From the NCBI RefSeq assembly GCF_009914755.1, contig NC_060926.1: a DNA stretch of 64,000 nt; one strand, written 5' to 3'. Made by a program: the position numbers and the translations under genes. This document shows, piece by piece, positions 15,368 through 29,640 of this stretch. This DNA is from the human T2T-CHM13v2.0 reference genome, Homo sapiens. The stretch's first letter is position 1; the number at the start of each line of letters is the position of its first letter. A model generated the notes under the pieces. The model was not told where the DNA came from and searched no databases. It saw only the letters and a program-made list of their open reading frames with translations.

Positions 15368-17360
15368 ATGTCTTATTTTTTTAAATTATGATTATACTTT
15401 AAGTTCTGGGATACATGTGCAGAACGTGCAGGTTTGTTACATAGGTATACACGTGCCATCGTGGTTTGCTGACCCTATCAACTAGTCATCTACATTAGGT
15501 ATTTCTCCTAATGCTATCCCTCCCCTACCCCTTCACCCCACAACAGGCCCCAGTGTGTGACGTTCCCCTCCCTGTGTCCATGTGTGCTCATTGTTCTACT
15601 CCCATTTATGAGTGAGAACATGTAGTGTTTGGTTTTCTGTTCCTGTGTTAGTTTGCTGAAAATGATGGTTTCCAGCTTCATTCATGTCCCTGTAAAGGAC
15701 ATGAACTCATCCTTTTTTATGGCTGCATATTATTCCATGGTGTATATGTGCCACATTTTCTTTATCCAGTCTATCATTGATGGACATTTGGGTTGGTTCC
15801 AAGTATTTGCTATTGTGAATAGTGCTGCAATAAACACACGTGTGCATGTGTCTTTATAGCAGAATGATTTATAATCCTGTGGGTATATACCCAGTAATGG
15901 GATTGCTGGGTCAAATGGTATTTCTGGTCCTAGATCCTTGAGGAATCACCACACTGTCTTCCACAATGGTTGAACTAATTTACGCTCCCACCAACACTGA
16001 AAAACGTTCCTATTCCTTCACAGCCCCTCCAGCATCTGTTGTTTCCTGACTTTTTAGTGATCACCATTCTAACTGGCATGAGATGGTATCTCATTGTGGT
16101 TTTGATTTGCATTTCTCTAATGACCAGTGATAATGAGCTTTTTTTCATAGGTTTGTTGGCCACATAAATGTCTTCTTTTGAGAAGTGTCTGTTCACAGGC
16201 CTTGCCCACTTTCTGATGGGGTTGTTTTTTTTCTTGTAAATTGGCTTAAGTTCCTTGTAGATTCTGGATATTAGTCCTTTGTCAGATGGATAGATTGCAA
16301 AAATTTTCTCCCATTCTGTAGACTGCCTGTTTACTCTGATGATAGTTTATTTTGCTGTGCAGAAGCTCTTTAGTTTAATTATATCCCATTTGTCAATTTT
16401 GTCTTTTGTTGCCATTGCTTTTGGTGTTTTAGTCTTGAAGGCTTTGCCCATGCCTGTATCCTGAATGGTATTGCCTAGGTTTTCTTCTAGGGTTTTTATG
16501 GTTTTAGGTCTTACGTTTAAGTCTTTAATCCATCTTGAGTTAATTTTTGTATAAGGTGTAAGGAAGGGGTCCAGTTTCAGTTTTCTGCCTATGGCTAGCC
16601 AGTTTTCCCAACACCATTTATTAAATAGGGAACGCCTTCCTCATTGCTTGTTTTTGTCAGGTTTGTCAAAGATCAGATGGTTGTAGATGTGTGGTGTGAT
16701 TTCTGAGGTCTCTGTTCTGTTCCATTGGTCTATATCTCTGTTTTGGTACCAGCACCATGCTGTTTCGGTTACTGTAGCCTTGTAGTATAGTTTGAAGTCA
16801 GGTAGCGTGATGCCTCTTGCTTTGTTCTTTTTGCTTAGGATTGTCTTGGCTATAAGGGCTCTTTTTTGGTTCCATATGAAATTTAAAGTGGTTTTTTTCT
16901 AATTCTGTGAAGAAAGTCAATAGCAGCTTGATGAAGATAGCACTGAATCTATTAATTACTTTGGGCAGTATGGCCATTTTCACGATACTGATTCTTCCTA
17001 TCCATGAGCATGGAATCTTTTTCCATTTGTTTGTATCTTCTCTTACTTCCTTGAGCAGTGGTTTGTAGTCCTCCTTGAAGAGGTCCTTCACATCCCTTGT
17101 AAGTTGTATTCCTAGGTATTTTATTCTTTTTGTAGGAATTGTGAATGGGAGTTCGCTCATGATTTGGCTGTTTGTCTATTATTGGTATATAGGAATGCTT
17201 GTGATTTCTGCACACTGATTTTGTATCCTGAGACTTTTCTGAAGTTGCTTATCAGCTTAAGGAGATTTTGGGCTGAGACAATGGAGTTTTCTAAATATGC
17301 AATCATGTCATCTGCAAACAGAGACAATCTGACTTCCTCTCTTCCTTTTTGAATACCACT

Positions 17361-17769
<409 letters not shown>

Positions 17770-18074
17770 TCAGAGGGAATGCTTCCAGCTTTTGCCCATT
17801 CAGTATGATATTGGCTGTGGGTTTGTCATAAATACATTATTATTTTGAGATACGTTCCATAAATACCTAGTTTATTGAGAGTTTTTAGCATAATGTGATG
17901 TTGAATTTTATCAAAGGTCTTTTCTGCATCTATTGAGATAATCATGTGGTTTTTGTCATTGGTTCTGCTTATGTGATGGATTACGTTTACTGATTTGTAT
18001 ATGTTGAACTAGCCTTGCATCCCAGGGATGAAACTGACTTGATCATGCTGGATAAGCTTTTTGATGTGCTGCTA

Positions 18075-18206
<132 letters not shown>

Positions 18207-18649
18207 TTAGGGAGGAGTCCCTCTCTTTTTCTATTCTTTGGAACAGTTTCAAAAGGAATGGTGCCAGCTCCTCTTTGCACTCCTCTGGTAGAATTCGGCT
18301 GTGAACCTCTCTGGTCCTGGGCTTTTTTTTGGTTGGTAGGCTATTAATTACTGCCTCAATTTCAGAACTTGTTATTAGTCTATTCAGGGATTCAACTTCT
18401 TCCTGGTTTAGTTTTGGGAGGGTGTATGTGCCCAAGAATTTATCCATTTCTTCTAGGTTTTGTAGTTTATTTATGCAGAGGTGTTTATAGTAATCTCTGT
18501 GATGGTAGTTTGTATTTCTGTGGGGCCGGTGGTGATATCCCCTTTATCATTTTTTTTATTGTGTCTATTTGATTCTTCTCTCTTTTCTTCTTCATTAGTC
18601 TGGCTAGCAGTCTATCTATTTTGTTAATCTTTCCAAAAAACCAGCTCCT

Positions 18650-18959
<310 letters not shown>

Positions 18960-21900
18960 CCCAGCTCCTGGATTCAATGATTTTTTTTGACAGGTTTTTT
19001 GTGTCTCTATCTCCTTCAGTTCTGCTCTGATCTAAGTTATTTCTTGTCTTCTGCTAGCTTTTGAACTTGTTTGCTCTTGGTTCTCTAGTTCTTTAAATTG
19101 TGATGTTAGGGTGTCTGTCGATTTTAGATCTTTCCCACTTTCTCCTGTGAGCATTTAGTGCTATAAAGTTCCCTCTAAACACTGCTTTACCTGTATCCCA
19201 GAGATTCTGGTATGTTGTGTCTTTGTTCTCATCGGCTTCAAAGAACTTATTTATTTCTGCCTTAATTTAGTTATTTACCCAGTAGTCATTCAGGAGCAGG
19301 TTGTTCAGTTTCCATGTAGTTGTGTGGTTTTGAGTGAGTTTCTTAACTCTGAGTTCTAATTTGATTGCACCATGGTCTGAGAGACTGTTTGTTATGATTT
19401 CTGTTCTTTTGCATTTGCTGAGGAGTGTTTTACTTTCAATTATGTGGCCAAATTTAGAGTAACTGTGATATGGTACTGAGAAGAATGTATATTCTGTTGA
19501 TTTGGGGCAGAGCATTCTGCAGATGTCTACTAGCCCTGCTTGGTCCACAGCTGGGTTGAAGTCCTGAATATCCTTGTTAATTTTCTGTCTCGTTGATCTG
19601 TCTAATACTGTGGGGTGCTAAAGCCTCCCACTATTATTGTGTGGGAGTCCAAGTCTCTTCTTAGGTCTCCAAGAACTTGCTTTATGAATCTGGGTGCTCC
19701 TATGTTGGGTGCATGTATATTTAGGATAGTTAGCTCTTCTTGTTGTATTGATCCCTTTACCATTATGTAATGGCCTTGTCTCTTTTGATCTTTGTTGGTT
19801 TAAAGTCTGTTTTATCAGAGACTAGGATTGCAACCTCTTTTTTTTTTCTTTCCATTTGCTTGGTAAATATTCCTCCATCCCTTCATTTTGAGCCTATGTG
19901 TGTGCCTGCACATGAGATGGGTCTCCTGAATACAGCACACCGATGGGGCTTGACTCTTTATCCAATGTGACAGTCTGTGTCTTTTAATTGGGGCATTTAG
20001 CCTGCTTACATTTAAGGTTAATATAGTTATGTGTGAATTTGATCCTGTCATTATGATGCTAGCTGGTTATTTGGCCCATTAGTTGATGCAGTTTCTTCAT
20101 AGTGTCAATGATCTTTACAATTTGGTATGTTTTTGCAGTGGCTGATGCTAGTTGTTTCTTTCCATGTTTAGTGCTTCCTTCAGGAGCTCTAGTAAGGCAG
20201 GCCTGGTGTTGACAAAATCTCTCAGGATTTGTTTGTCTGTAAAGGATTTTATTTATCCTTCACTTATGAAGCTTAGTTTGGCTGGATATAAAATTCTAGG
20301 TTGAAAATTCTTTTCTTTAAGAATGTTGAATATTGGCCCCTACTCTTTTCTGGCTTGGAGGGCTTCTGCAGAGAGATCTGCTGTTAGTTCAATGGGCTTC
20401 CCTTTGTGGGTAACCCGACCTTTCTGGCTGCCCTTAACATTTTTTCCTTCATTTCAACCTTGGTGAATCTGACGACTATGTGTCTTGGGGTTGCTCTTCT
20501 CGAGGAGTATCTCTGTGGTGTTCTCTGTATTTCCTGAATTTGAATGTTGGCCTGTCTTGCTAGGCTGGGGAAGTTCTCCTGGATAATATCCTGAAGAGTG
20601 TTTTCCAGCTTGGTTCCATTCTCCCCGTCAATTTCAGGTACACCAATCAAACATGCAGGTTTGGTCTTTTCACATAGTCCCATATTTCTTGAAGGCTTTG
20701 TTCGTTCCTTTTCATTCTTTTTCTCTCTCATCTTGTCTTCATGCTTTATTTCATTAAGTTGCTCTTCAATCTCTGATACCCTTTCTTCTACTAGATCAAT
20801 TTGGCTATTGATACTTGTGTATGGTTCACAAAGTTCTCGTGCTGTGTTTTTCAGCTCCATCAGGTCATTTATGTTCCTCTCTACACTGGTTATTCTAGTT
20901 AGCAATTCGTCTAACCTTTTTTCAAGGTTCTTAGCTTCCTTGCATTGGGTTAGAACATGCTCCTTTAGCTTGGAGGAGTTTGTTATTACCCACCTTCTGA
21001 AGCCTACTTCTGTCAATTTGTGAAACTCATTCTCGGTCCAGTGTTGTTCCCTTGCTGGCAAGGAGTTGTAATCCTTTGGAGGAGAAGAGGCATTCTGGTT
21101 TTTGTAATTTTCAGCCTTTTTGCCTGGTTTTTCCTCATCTTCGTGGGTTTATCTACGTTTGGTCTTTGATGCTGGTGACCTTCGGATGGGGTTTTTGTGT
21201 GGATGCCCTTTTTGTTGATGTTGATGCTAATCCTTTCTGTTTGTTGGTTTTCCTTCTAATACTCAGGCCCCTCTGCTGCAGGTCTGCTGGAGTGTGCTGG
21301 AGGTCCACTCCAGACCCTGTTTGCCTGGGTATCACCAGCAGAGGCTGCAGAACAGCAAAGATTGCTGCCTATTCCTTCCTCTGGAAGCTTCGTCCCAGAG
21401 GGGCACCCGCCAGATGCCAGCTGGAGTTCTCCTGTATGAGGTGTCTGTTGACCCTGGCTGGGAGGTATTTCCCAGTCAGGAGGCACAGAGGTCAGGGGCC
21501 CACCTGAGAAGGCAGTCTGTCTCTTAGCAGAACTCAAGCGCTGTGCTGGGTGATCCACTGCTCTCTTCAGAGCCAGCAGGTAGGAACGTTTAAGTCTGCT
21601 GAAGCTGTGCCCACAGCCGCCCCTTCCCATGGGTGGTCTGTCCCAGGGAGATGGGAGTTTTATCTATAAGCCCCTGACTGGGGCTGCTGCCTTTCTTTCA
21701 GAGATGCCCTGCCCAGAGAGGAGGAATCTAGAGAGACAGTCTGTCTACAGCAGCTTTGCTGAGCTGCAGTGTTCTGGGCTCTACCCAGTTGGAACTTCCC
21801 AGCGGCTTTGTTTACACTGTAAGCCAGTTATATTAACAACAGTATTTACATCCTATTTTCAACCTCTGAGGTTTTTAAAAGAACCTTTATTAGGAACTCC

Positions 21901-22102
21901 TAAGAATGAAGGCAATAACCTGATGTACCAAGCAATTAATCCAGTGGCCTCTACTATACACACCATGTCATTAGACTTCCTAAAAGAATATGGGTTTATG
22001 TTTATTTTCAGCTCTTTGGAGAGCATGAGCAAAAGCTTCCCTGAATACTAACATATGGAGAAAGAGAAAATGCAAAGCAGATGAGAAAGACAATCGAGTC
22101 TT

Positions 22103-23572
22103 TTTTTTAAATTTTATTAATTATACTTTAAGTTCTAGGGTACATGTGCACAACGTGCAGGTTTGTTACATATGTATACATGTGCCATGTTGGTGTGCTG
22201 CACCCATTAACTCGTCATTTAACATTAGGTATATCTCCTAATGCTATCCCTCCCCACTCTCCCCACCCCACGACAGGCCCTGGTATGTGATGTTCCCCTT
22301 CCTGTGTCCAGGTGTTCTCACTGTTCAATTCCCACCTATGAGTGAGAACATGTGGTGTTTGGTTTCCTGTCCTTGCAATAGTTTGCTGAGAATCATGGTT
22401 TCCAGCTTCATCCATGTCCCTACAAAGGACATGAACTCATCCTTATTTATGGCTGCATAGTATTCCATTGTGTATATGTGCCACATTTTCTTTACCCAGT
22501 CTATCACTGATGGACACTTGGGTTGGTTCCAAGTCTTTGCTATTGTGAATAGTGCCACAATAAACATACATATGCATGTGTTTTTATAGCAGCATGATTT
22601 ATAATCCTTTGGGTATATACCCAGTAATGGGATGGCTGGGTCAAATGGTATTTCTAGTTCTAGATCCTTGAGGAATCACCACACTGTCTTCCACAATGGT
22701 TGAACTAGTTCACAGTCCCACCAACAGTGTAAAAGTGTTCCTATTTCTCCACATCCTCTCCAGCACCTGTTGTTTCCTGACTTTTTAATGATTGCCATTC
22801 TAACTGGCATGAGATGTTATCTCATTGTGGTTTTGATTTGCATTTCTCTGATGGCCAGTGATGATGAGCATTTTTTCATGTGCCTGTTGGCTGCATAAAT
22901 GTCTTCTTTTGAGAAGTGTCTGTTCATATCCTTCACCCACTTGTTGATGGGGTTGTTTTTTTCTTGTAAATTTGTTGGAGTTCTTTGTAGAATCTGGATA
23001 TTAGCCCTTTGTCAGATGGGTAGATTGCAAAAATTTTCTCCCATTCTGTAGGTTGCCTGTTCACTCTGATGGTAGTTTCTTTTGCCGTGCAGAAGCTCTT
23101 TAGTTTAATTATACCCCATTTGTCAATTTTGGCTTTTGTTGCCATGGCTTTTGGTGTTTTAGACATGAAGTCCTTGCCCATGCCTATGTCTTGAATGGTA
23201 TTGCCTAGGTTTTCTTCTACAGTTTTTATGGTTTTAGGTCTAACACTTAAGTCTTTAATCCATCTTGACTTAATTTTTGTATAAGGTGTAAGGAAGGGAT
23301 CCAGTTTCAGCTTTCTACATATGGCTAGCCAGTTTTCCCAGCACCATTTATTAAATAGGGAATCCTTTCCCCATTTCTTGTTTTTGTCAGGTTTGTCAAA
23401 GATCAGATGGTTGTAGACGTGTGGTATTATTTCTGAGGGCTCTCTTCTGTTCCATTGGTCTATATCTCTGTTTTGGTACCAGTACCATGCTGTTTTGGTT
23501 ACTGTAGCCTTGTAGTATAGTTTGAAGTCAGGTAGCATGATGCCTCCAGCTTTGTTCTTTTGGCTTAGGATT
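22103..23572 (-). mobile_element. 5'-truncated L1PA4/5-like element
   Basis: 16-bp TSD aagacaatcgagtctt (22087-22102) / aagacaatcaagtctt (23573-23588); ORF2 C-terminal peptides. Confidence 0.95.
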
Positions 23573-24402
23573 AAGACAATCAAGTCTTAAGCAAAAGTAA
23601 ATGAAGTGTTACTCTCCCCTCCCCAACAGAAAATACCTATTTATTTAGAAATTAGGGTAAGTAATGTTGTTTGTTTCCAGTGGTTTCATAGGATAAAAAT
23701 TTGCCTCCTTTATTTACAAGGCCCAACACAGCTGCCCTTTCAAGGAACTGAGATATCTATAAAATTTCTTGGCAATATGGAATTTTGAAGAGTATTTTGA
23801 TTACATATTTAAAAAGAATTTAATTTTTTAAATATACTAACTAAAAGAATACAAGTATCTACTTTTTGCTTTTTAAAACAACAAAAAATTCTCCTTCATC
23901 ACCTTCTAAATGGAAATATATCCATATTATAAGGATTTTGCACTGTTGTAAGGAAACTATATATAAAAGACTGAATTTATGACATAAATTAATTAGAGAT
24001 GATTGTGTTACAAAGCAACTTACTAATAGGTTCTTTAAATATGGAATTAATTCCAGTGTGATTAATTTTACAGAAGTTTGGTTTATAAAAAGATTTGTTT
24101 CAGGTATTATTACATAAATGAGGTAAAGATTAAATAAATAAAACCATGTCCATCTTTCTGAATATTTTCCTATCAGATCATATAGTTGACGTCAATACAG
24201 TATTATCAATATTTCGGATTATAGTAACAGCTCTTAAAGTTTAAATAACAATAAAGATATGCATATTTCTATTTCAGGGTAAGACATTTTTAAGATAATA
24301 CTTATCCTACCTTATAGTATTATATTTTATCAAAATACCAATGCAGAAGTTTATATTCATTTAATGATATGATTTAATAACTTTTTTCTATTTTAATATT
24401 TA

Positions 24403-24804
<402 letters not shown>

Positions 24805-25335
24805 TTAGCTTAAATTTTAAGTTCTCCTCCACAGTATTTGTGTATTTTTCTTTCTTTATTGCATTTTATTTGCATTTATTGGACTTTTTAGATATATTTA
24901 TCCTTGCAACTCATCTTTTTTTAGGTCCCTACCAGAAACATGTGTTGAGAGGTTGGCATACTGACATGTGTGCACCACAGTGAGTTTCAGTGGGTTGCAT
25001 TCCATAACAAGAGAGCCACAGAATAGACGGAGACAGCAAGTACCTCGTACAGTGTCTTCCCTCCAGTGCATCAGATAAGAACCAATAACAGAACCAAAGG
25101 TTGTTAAACAATGCAAATTCCAATTTGGACCTCAAGGAGTAATCAGGACAAAATACCTACTTTTGCTTGCGACATTTTCTGCTCCTGGCATTCTAAAATA
25201 ATAGCTGAAAAGACAATGTATGTATGAAACAGATAATGGCTTATTGGAAACAATAATGGCTTATATGGATTTCTGAAAACAAAAATCATGTCACTTCAAC
25301 CAAATAATGACATTTTTGGAGATTTTTTCACCTAC

Positions 25336-25522
25336 CTGCATGACACTTCTCATTATATCTCTCCATGTCTTATCCACAGCTGTAAATCGTCTGCCTTCCT
25401 CAGGCATTTGAGACATAATGTCTGGAGAGCTGAAAATGGGCTCCAGATACAGCCACGTGGCTTGGACTTTGAGCCATTCATCCAGAATCTCCTGAAGCAG
25501 TAGGAGCTTGCCCTCCCATTCT
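25336..25522 (-). CDS. DNAH7: DNAH7 exon G (187 nt, phase 2/0): (R)[35 protein letters not shown]...DIMRSVMQ
   Basis: Acceptor CTCCTCAG|AGAA, donor ATGCAG|GTAGG; WLYLEPIF dynein motif. Confidence 0.97.
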
Positions 25523-25612
25523 CTGAGGAGCAAAACACAGTGGCTCTTACTGACAGCAAACCAAGCAAATGTTTCAAATGACAAAATTCAAACCACAACT
25601 AGGTTGTCAATG

Positions 25613-25709
25613 TTGTATATAATGTTATACAATTGTTATACATTATATACAATCTTGTATATAATGTTATACAATTGTTATACATTATATACAATCTTGT
25701 ATATAATGT
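25613..25709. repeat. 42-bp AT-rich palindromic tandem repeat, 2.3 copies
   Basis: ttgtatataatgttatacaattgttatacattatatacaatc twice, plus 13 nt. Confidence 0.92.
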
Positions 25710-26090
25710 ATATAATATTCCAATTTCCATTCATCTAGTTGCATTTAAAGATAAATCACTAGATTTGTTCTACAAAATATGTTTAAAGATAATAATATAA
25801 CATTTATGCTTATACAGATATACACGTTAAGATATACTTATCTACTATTGGGCTGGTTTCTGTATATGTCATAGCAATAAACCTTTCTGCTATCTAGTTC
25901 CATGGCTAGAGAGTACAAATTGAAAAATGAGATTTTGTTGACAGTAAAGGTATTCCCAATCAAGGGTACTCTGAGCTTCTGAGGAAAGATAGTTACATCC
26001 AATACTCTTTTCCTTTAATGTTCTTTTTCCCCCCTTAATTTGGGCTCATAAAGGCTTTATTTCTAGAATAAAGCCCTTATTTCTAAAATA

Positions 26091-26576
26091 TAGTTGACCC
26101 TTCAACAACACAGGTTTCAACTGTGTAGGTCCACTTTTACACGGATTTTTTTCAATAAAGGTTACATGGACTTTGCCTGACTCTCCTGTCTCCCCTAACA
26201 CCCTCTCCCCCTCTTCTGCTTCTGCCATCCCTGAGATAAGAAGACCAACCCCTCCTCTTCCTCCTCCTCCTCAGTATACTTGGCATGAAGATGACGAGGA
26301 TGAAGATCTTCGTGATGATCCACTGGCACTTAATGAATAGTAAATATATTTTTCTCATGATTTTCTTAATAACATTTTCTTTTCTCCAGCCTACTTTAAG
26401 AATATAGTATATAATACATGTAACATTCAAAGTATGTGTTATGTTATTTTTAAGGCTTCTGGTTAACAGTAGGCTATTTGTAGTTAAGGTTTTGAGGAGT
26501 CAAAAGTTATATGCAGGTTTTCAACTGTGTGGGGGGTCAGCGCCCCTAAAACCCCAAATTGTTCAAGGGTCAACTG
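26091..26576. mobile_element. Tigger2-family non-autonomous DNA transposon (Tigger2a/MER28-like)
   Basis: Terminal inverted repeats tagttgacccttcaacaa / ttgttcaagggtcaactg flanked by TA on both sides. Confidence 0.88.
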
Positions 26577-26769
26577 TATTTCAATTTATAAGATGTAACT
26601 GGCATTTAAAGAAAAATGTACATACTCCAAAACAGTGTGGCACTCATGAGAAGGTGGAATATTTAAATTTACAATAGGTTATCAGTTTGTTTCTAAGTAT
26701 AGAGAATATAGATAATGATTTAATTTCCTCAAGAATAAATATAATTACTCCATAAACTAATAATTTTAC

Positions 26770-26950
26770 AAGTACATTTCTAAGGTCTCTATGTGTTTAG
26801 TCCATTATCATGTCAACCCTATGAGGTAAGGTCCATTGTAACATCTATTTATCAATGGAGAGACTAAGGCACATAGAGGCAAGTGCCAGGCTCAAGTTTA
26901 GCCAGATAATAAACAATAGAGCCAAGATTTGAACCCAGACAGTTGTAATT
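26770..26950 (-). mobile_element. MIR relic
   Basis: caaccctatgaggta...gagactaaggcacatagagg...gatttgaacccagac. Confidence 0.7.
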
Positions 26951-27006
26951 ACTCTGCTATCAGAGATAACATAGTCATAAGGAAGAATGATTTATTAATA
27001 GCAACT

Positions 27007-27124
27007 TCGTTTGAATCCAGGAGGCGGAGGTTGCAGTGAGCTGAGATCGTGCCACTGCACTCCAGCCTGGGCAGCAGAGCAAGACTCCATCTCAAATTAA
27101 TTAATTAATTAATTAATTAAATTA
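27007..27124 (+). mobile_element. 5'-truncated Alu (~90 nt of right arm) with a (TTAA)n tail
   Basis: TSD aatagcaac at 26997-27005 and 27125-27133. Confidence 0.9.
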
Positions 27125-28292
27125 AATAGCAACAGAACTTAGATGTGGCATAGTCTTACGTATATTAACACATTACTCATCATTTAAGTGGTGCTCTGTG
27201 ATTTTAGATCTTTAAAACAAAGAAATGTTAATGAGTTCACCAAGTAACCAGGCATTTTCAGATGTCTTTCTAAAATATTTTTCTTTCAATGCTTATCACT
27301 GAATTTGTTTAACCTCTTTGCACAAGAAGACCTGAATGCTTCTGCTTTCTTCTGTTGTTCTTCTTCCCTCTTTTTCTATCTAATTTTTGTGTGATTCAGA
27401 AAATTTCCAAGCAGCTAATGATATCACGCATAGTCCCTTAAAATGGAATCTAGATGTACCACTTTCAGAGTAGTTTAAAAATTCTTCTCTTAATGTGCAT
27501 GCTGGAGCAAGCTGGCAGGAGGCAGAAGGACCAAACACAGAGAATGAGCCAAGACCAATCAGAACATGCCCAAGTGTACGATAACAGCTAAGTCACCAGA
27601 GGCAGATACTACCAAGCTGTTAGCATTCCCTTGCCATGCAAATCCACTGAAGACAGTAGTCTGATTTTGATGGACTCTGTTTTTTTAAGGTAATATATAG
27701 CCTGCCTAATGTAAATTACAAAAACTGGAAACATTGACAGACAGCTAGGCTTACTTTAATTGGCTGTGTATGATACTTAAAACTCCCAACTAAAATTATA
27801 GTTTCATTCTTTTTCACTTACTTGCCATCCCGCATGCATATGAGTAGAAATTACAATAGATATTCAGCAATCTTCTATGACAAGCTAATGTATTTTTAAA
27901 ACAAAATTATTATCTTCCGTTCACAGATACAAAATTATTTTTGAGAGTTAAAAAATAAGATCATATTGTAGGCAATAAAAACGAATATCTGGATGTTGAT
28001 TGTCCACTGTCTTTGTTATGAATACAGAAGTTAACAAACCATTAAGATGATAGCAAAGGATGAGCAATCGTCCAATAGCAATGAAGCCATTGATTATAAT
28101 ATCTTTAAATATTTAAAGACCTTAAATATTTAGTATGAAATGCTAAGTATGAAATGCAAAATCAATTCTCAAAAGAAATAAAATATTAAGTATGAAATAT
28201 TATGTGTGAAATAATTCTCAAAAGAACTTTACATTAAACACAAGTGATTTTGGTAACATAGCATAAACATTGCCATATAAATATCACTTTAC

Positions 28293-28978
28293 CTCATTTG
28301 TTTTTCATAAGGCTTAATGAAAGGAGATCCTCGCATAGTTTGTGTTTTAATAATATGGTCATCCAACAACATCTGAATTTCATCAACTGATGCCAAAATA
28401 AATGTCCCAGTTTCTCTATAAGAATGGATGACAAATTCCACTGCATCCCACTCAGTAATCATCTTCTCCATCGCCTTTTCAAGAGAATATTCTTTGCTAG
28501 CTGCTTCACTAATACCTTCAAATCGGTCTATATATGGTTCCAGATTCATGTCTAAAAAAGAGGAGACTGTGGAGTCATCTGATGGCTGCAAAGGGTAACC
28601 AACAATGGCAGACATGGCCTCCCAGTGCCTGGGGCGCAAACCAGGATTACAGATCACTTGAATGAGAGGAATGTGCTGCTTGAAATCTTCCACCTTTGAT
28701 CTTACTTTTTCTGTCATTGCCAATGCATATGGAGAATCATGAAAGGTTTTCTCCAGTTTATATAATCCTCTCCAGTAATTTCCAATATCTGCTTCTACTT
28801 GGTCTGGATTCACTTTATGATATGGCCCTTCTGTCCATGCTCTATAGTTGCTGCTAAATTCGACAGCAGTTTCATAAAGACGAAGATAAGGGTTCAAGCC
28901 ATCTTGGATTTTTTTACGTTGAGGATATACAGATGGTAGCCAACCAAATGCTTCCTCTTCAGCATTAAACTGCTCAAT
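28293..28978 (-). CDS. DNAH7: DNAH7 exon F (686 nt, phase 0/2): [13 protein letters not shown]...NPGLRPRHW...[13 protein letters not shown](R); start of the dynein N-terminal region 2 (DHC_N2)
   Basis: Acceptor CCTTTCAG|ATT, donor ATGAG|GTAAAG; dynein heavy chain motifs [18 protein letters not shown] and [17 protein letters not shown]. Confidence 0.97.
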
Positions 28979-29151
28979 CTGAAAGGATAAGTATTGAATA
29001 TATTAGTTATTTTGAAAGTGAATGATACTGCAAATTAAGTTTTTTTAAATATCTATTTCAAATGTGAGCCAAAAAAACCTTACTAAGCCCTGAAGTTAAA
29101 CTTCAATAATCTAGAAAAACAGAGCAGTAATCTCATTTTCCTATTTACTTC

Positions 29152-29640
29152 TTTTTTTAATTGACAAAAATGTACATATTTATGGTACATAACATGTTTT
29201 GAGAAAATGTATAATTATGGAATGGGTAAATAAAACTAATTAACATACATTACCTCACACACTGATTTTTTTGTAATAAGAACACTACACAACCTACTCT
29301 CTTAGCAATGTTCACGTATACAATACATTGCTATTAGCTGTAGTTACCAATTTGTACAATAGATACCTAAACGTATTCCTCCTAACTGAAATTTTTTATC
29401 CTTTGACCAACATCCTCCCCAATCCCCACTACCCACCAGCCCCACCCTTGTAGGCATCATTCTACTCTCTGCTTCTATGAATTTGATTTTTTATTAGATT
29501 CCACTATAACTGAGATCATGTGGTATTTGTCTTTCTGTGCCTGGAATATTTGACTTAACATAAGTCCTCCAGGTTTATCCATGTTGTCACAAATGACAAG
29601 ATTTCCCATTTTTATTCCCCCTCTAAGGCTGAATAGCATT
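29152..29640 (-). mobile_element. Old L1M (L1MA-type) 3'UTR fragment
   Basis: ttgacaaaaatgtacatatttatgg...tatttgtctttctgtgcctgg...aaggctgaatag. Confidence 0.8.

Noticed and set aside
26048-26080. 33-bp imperfect palindrome next to the Tigger element
   Set aside because: Short and AT-rich; no further support for function
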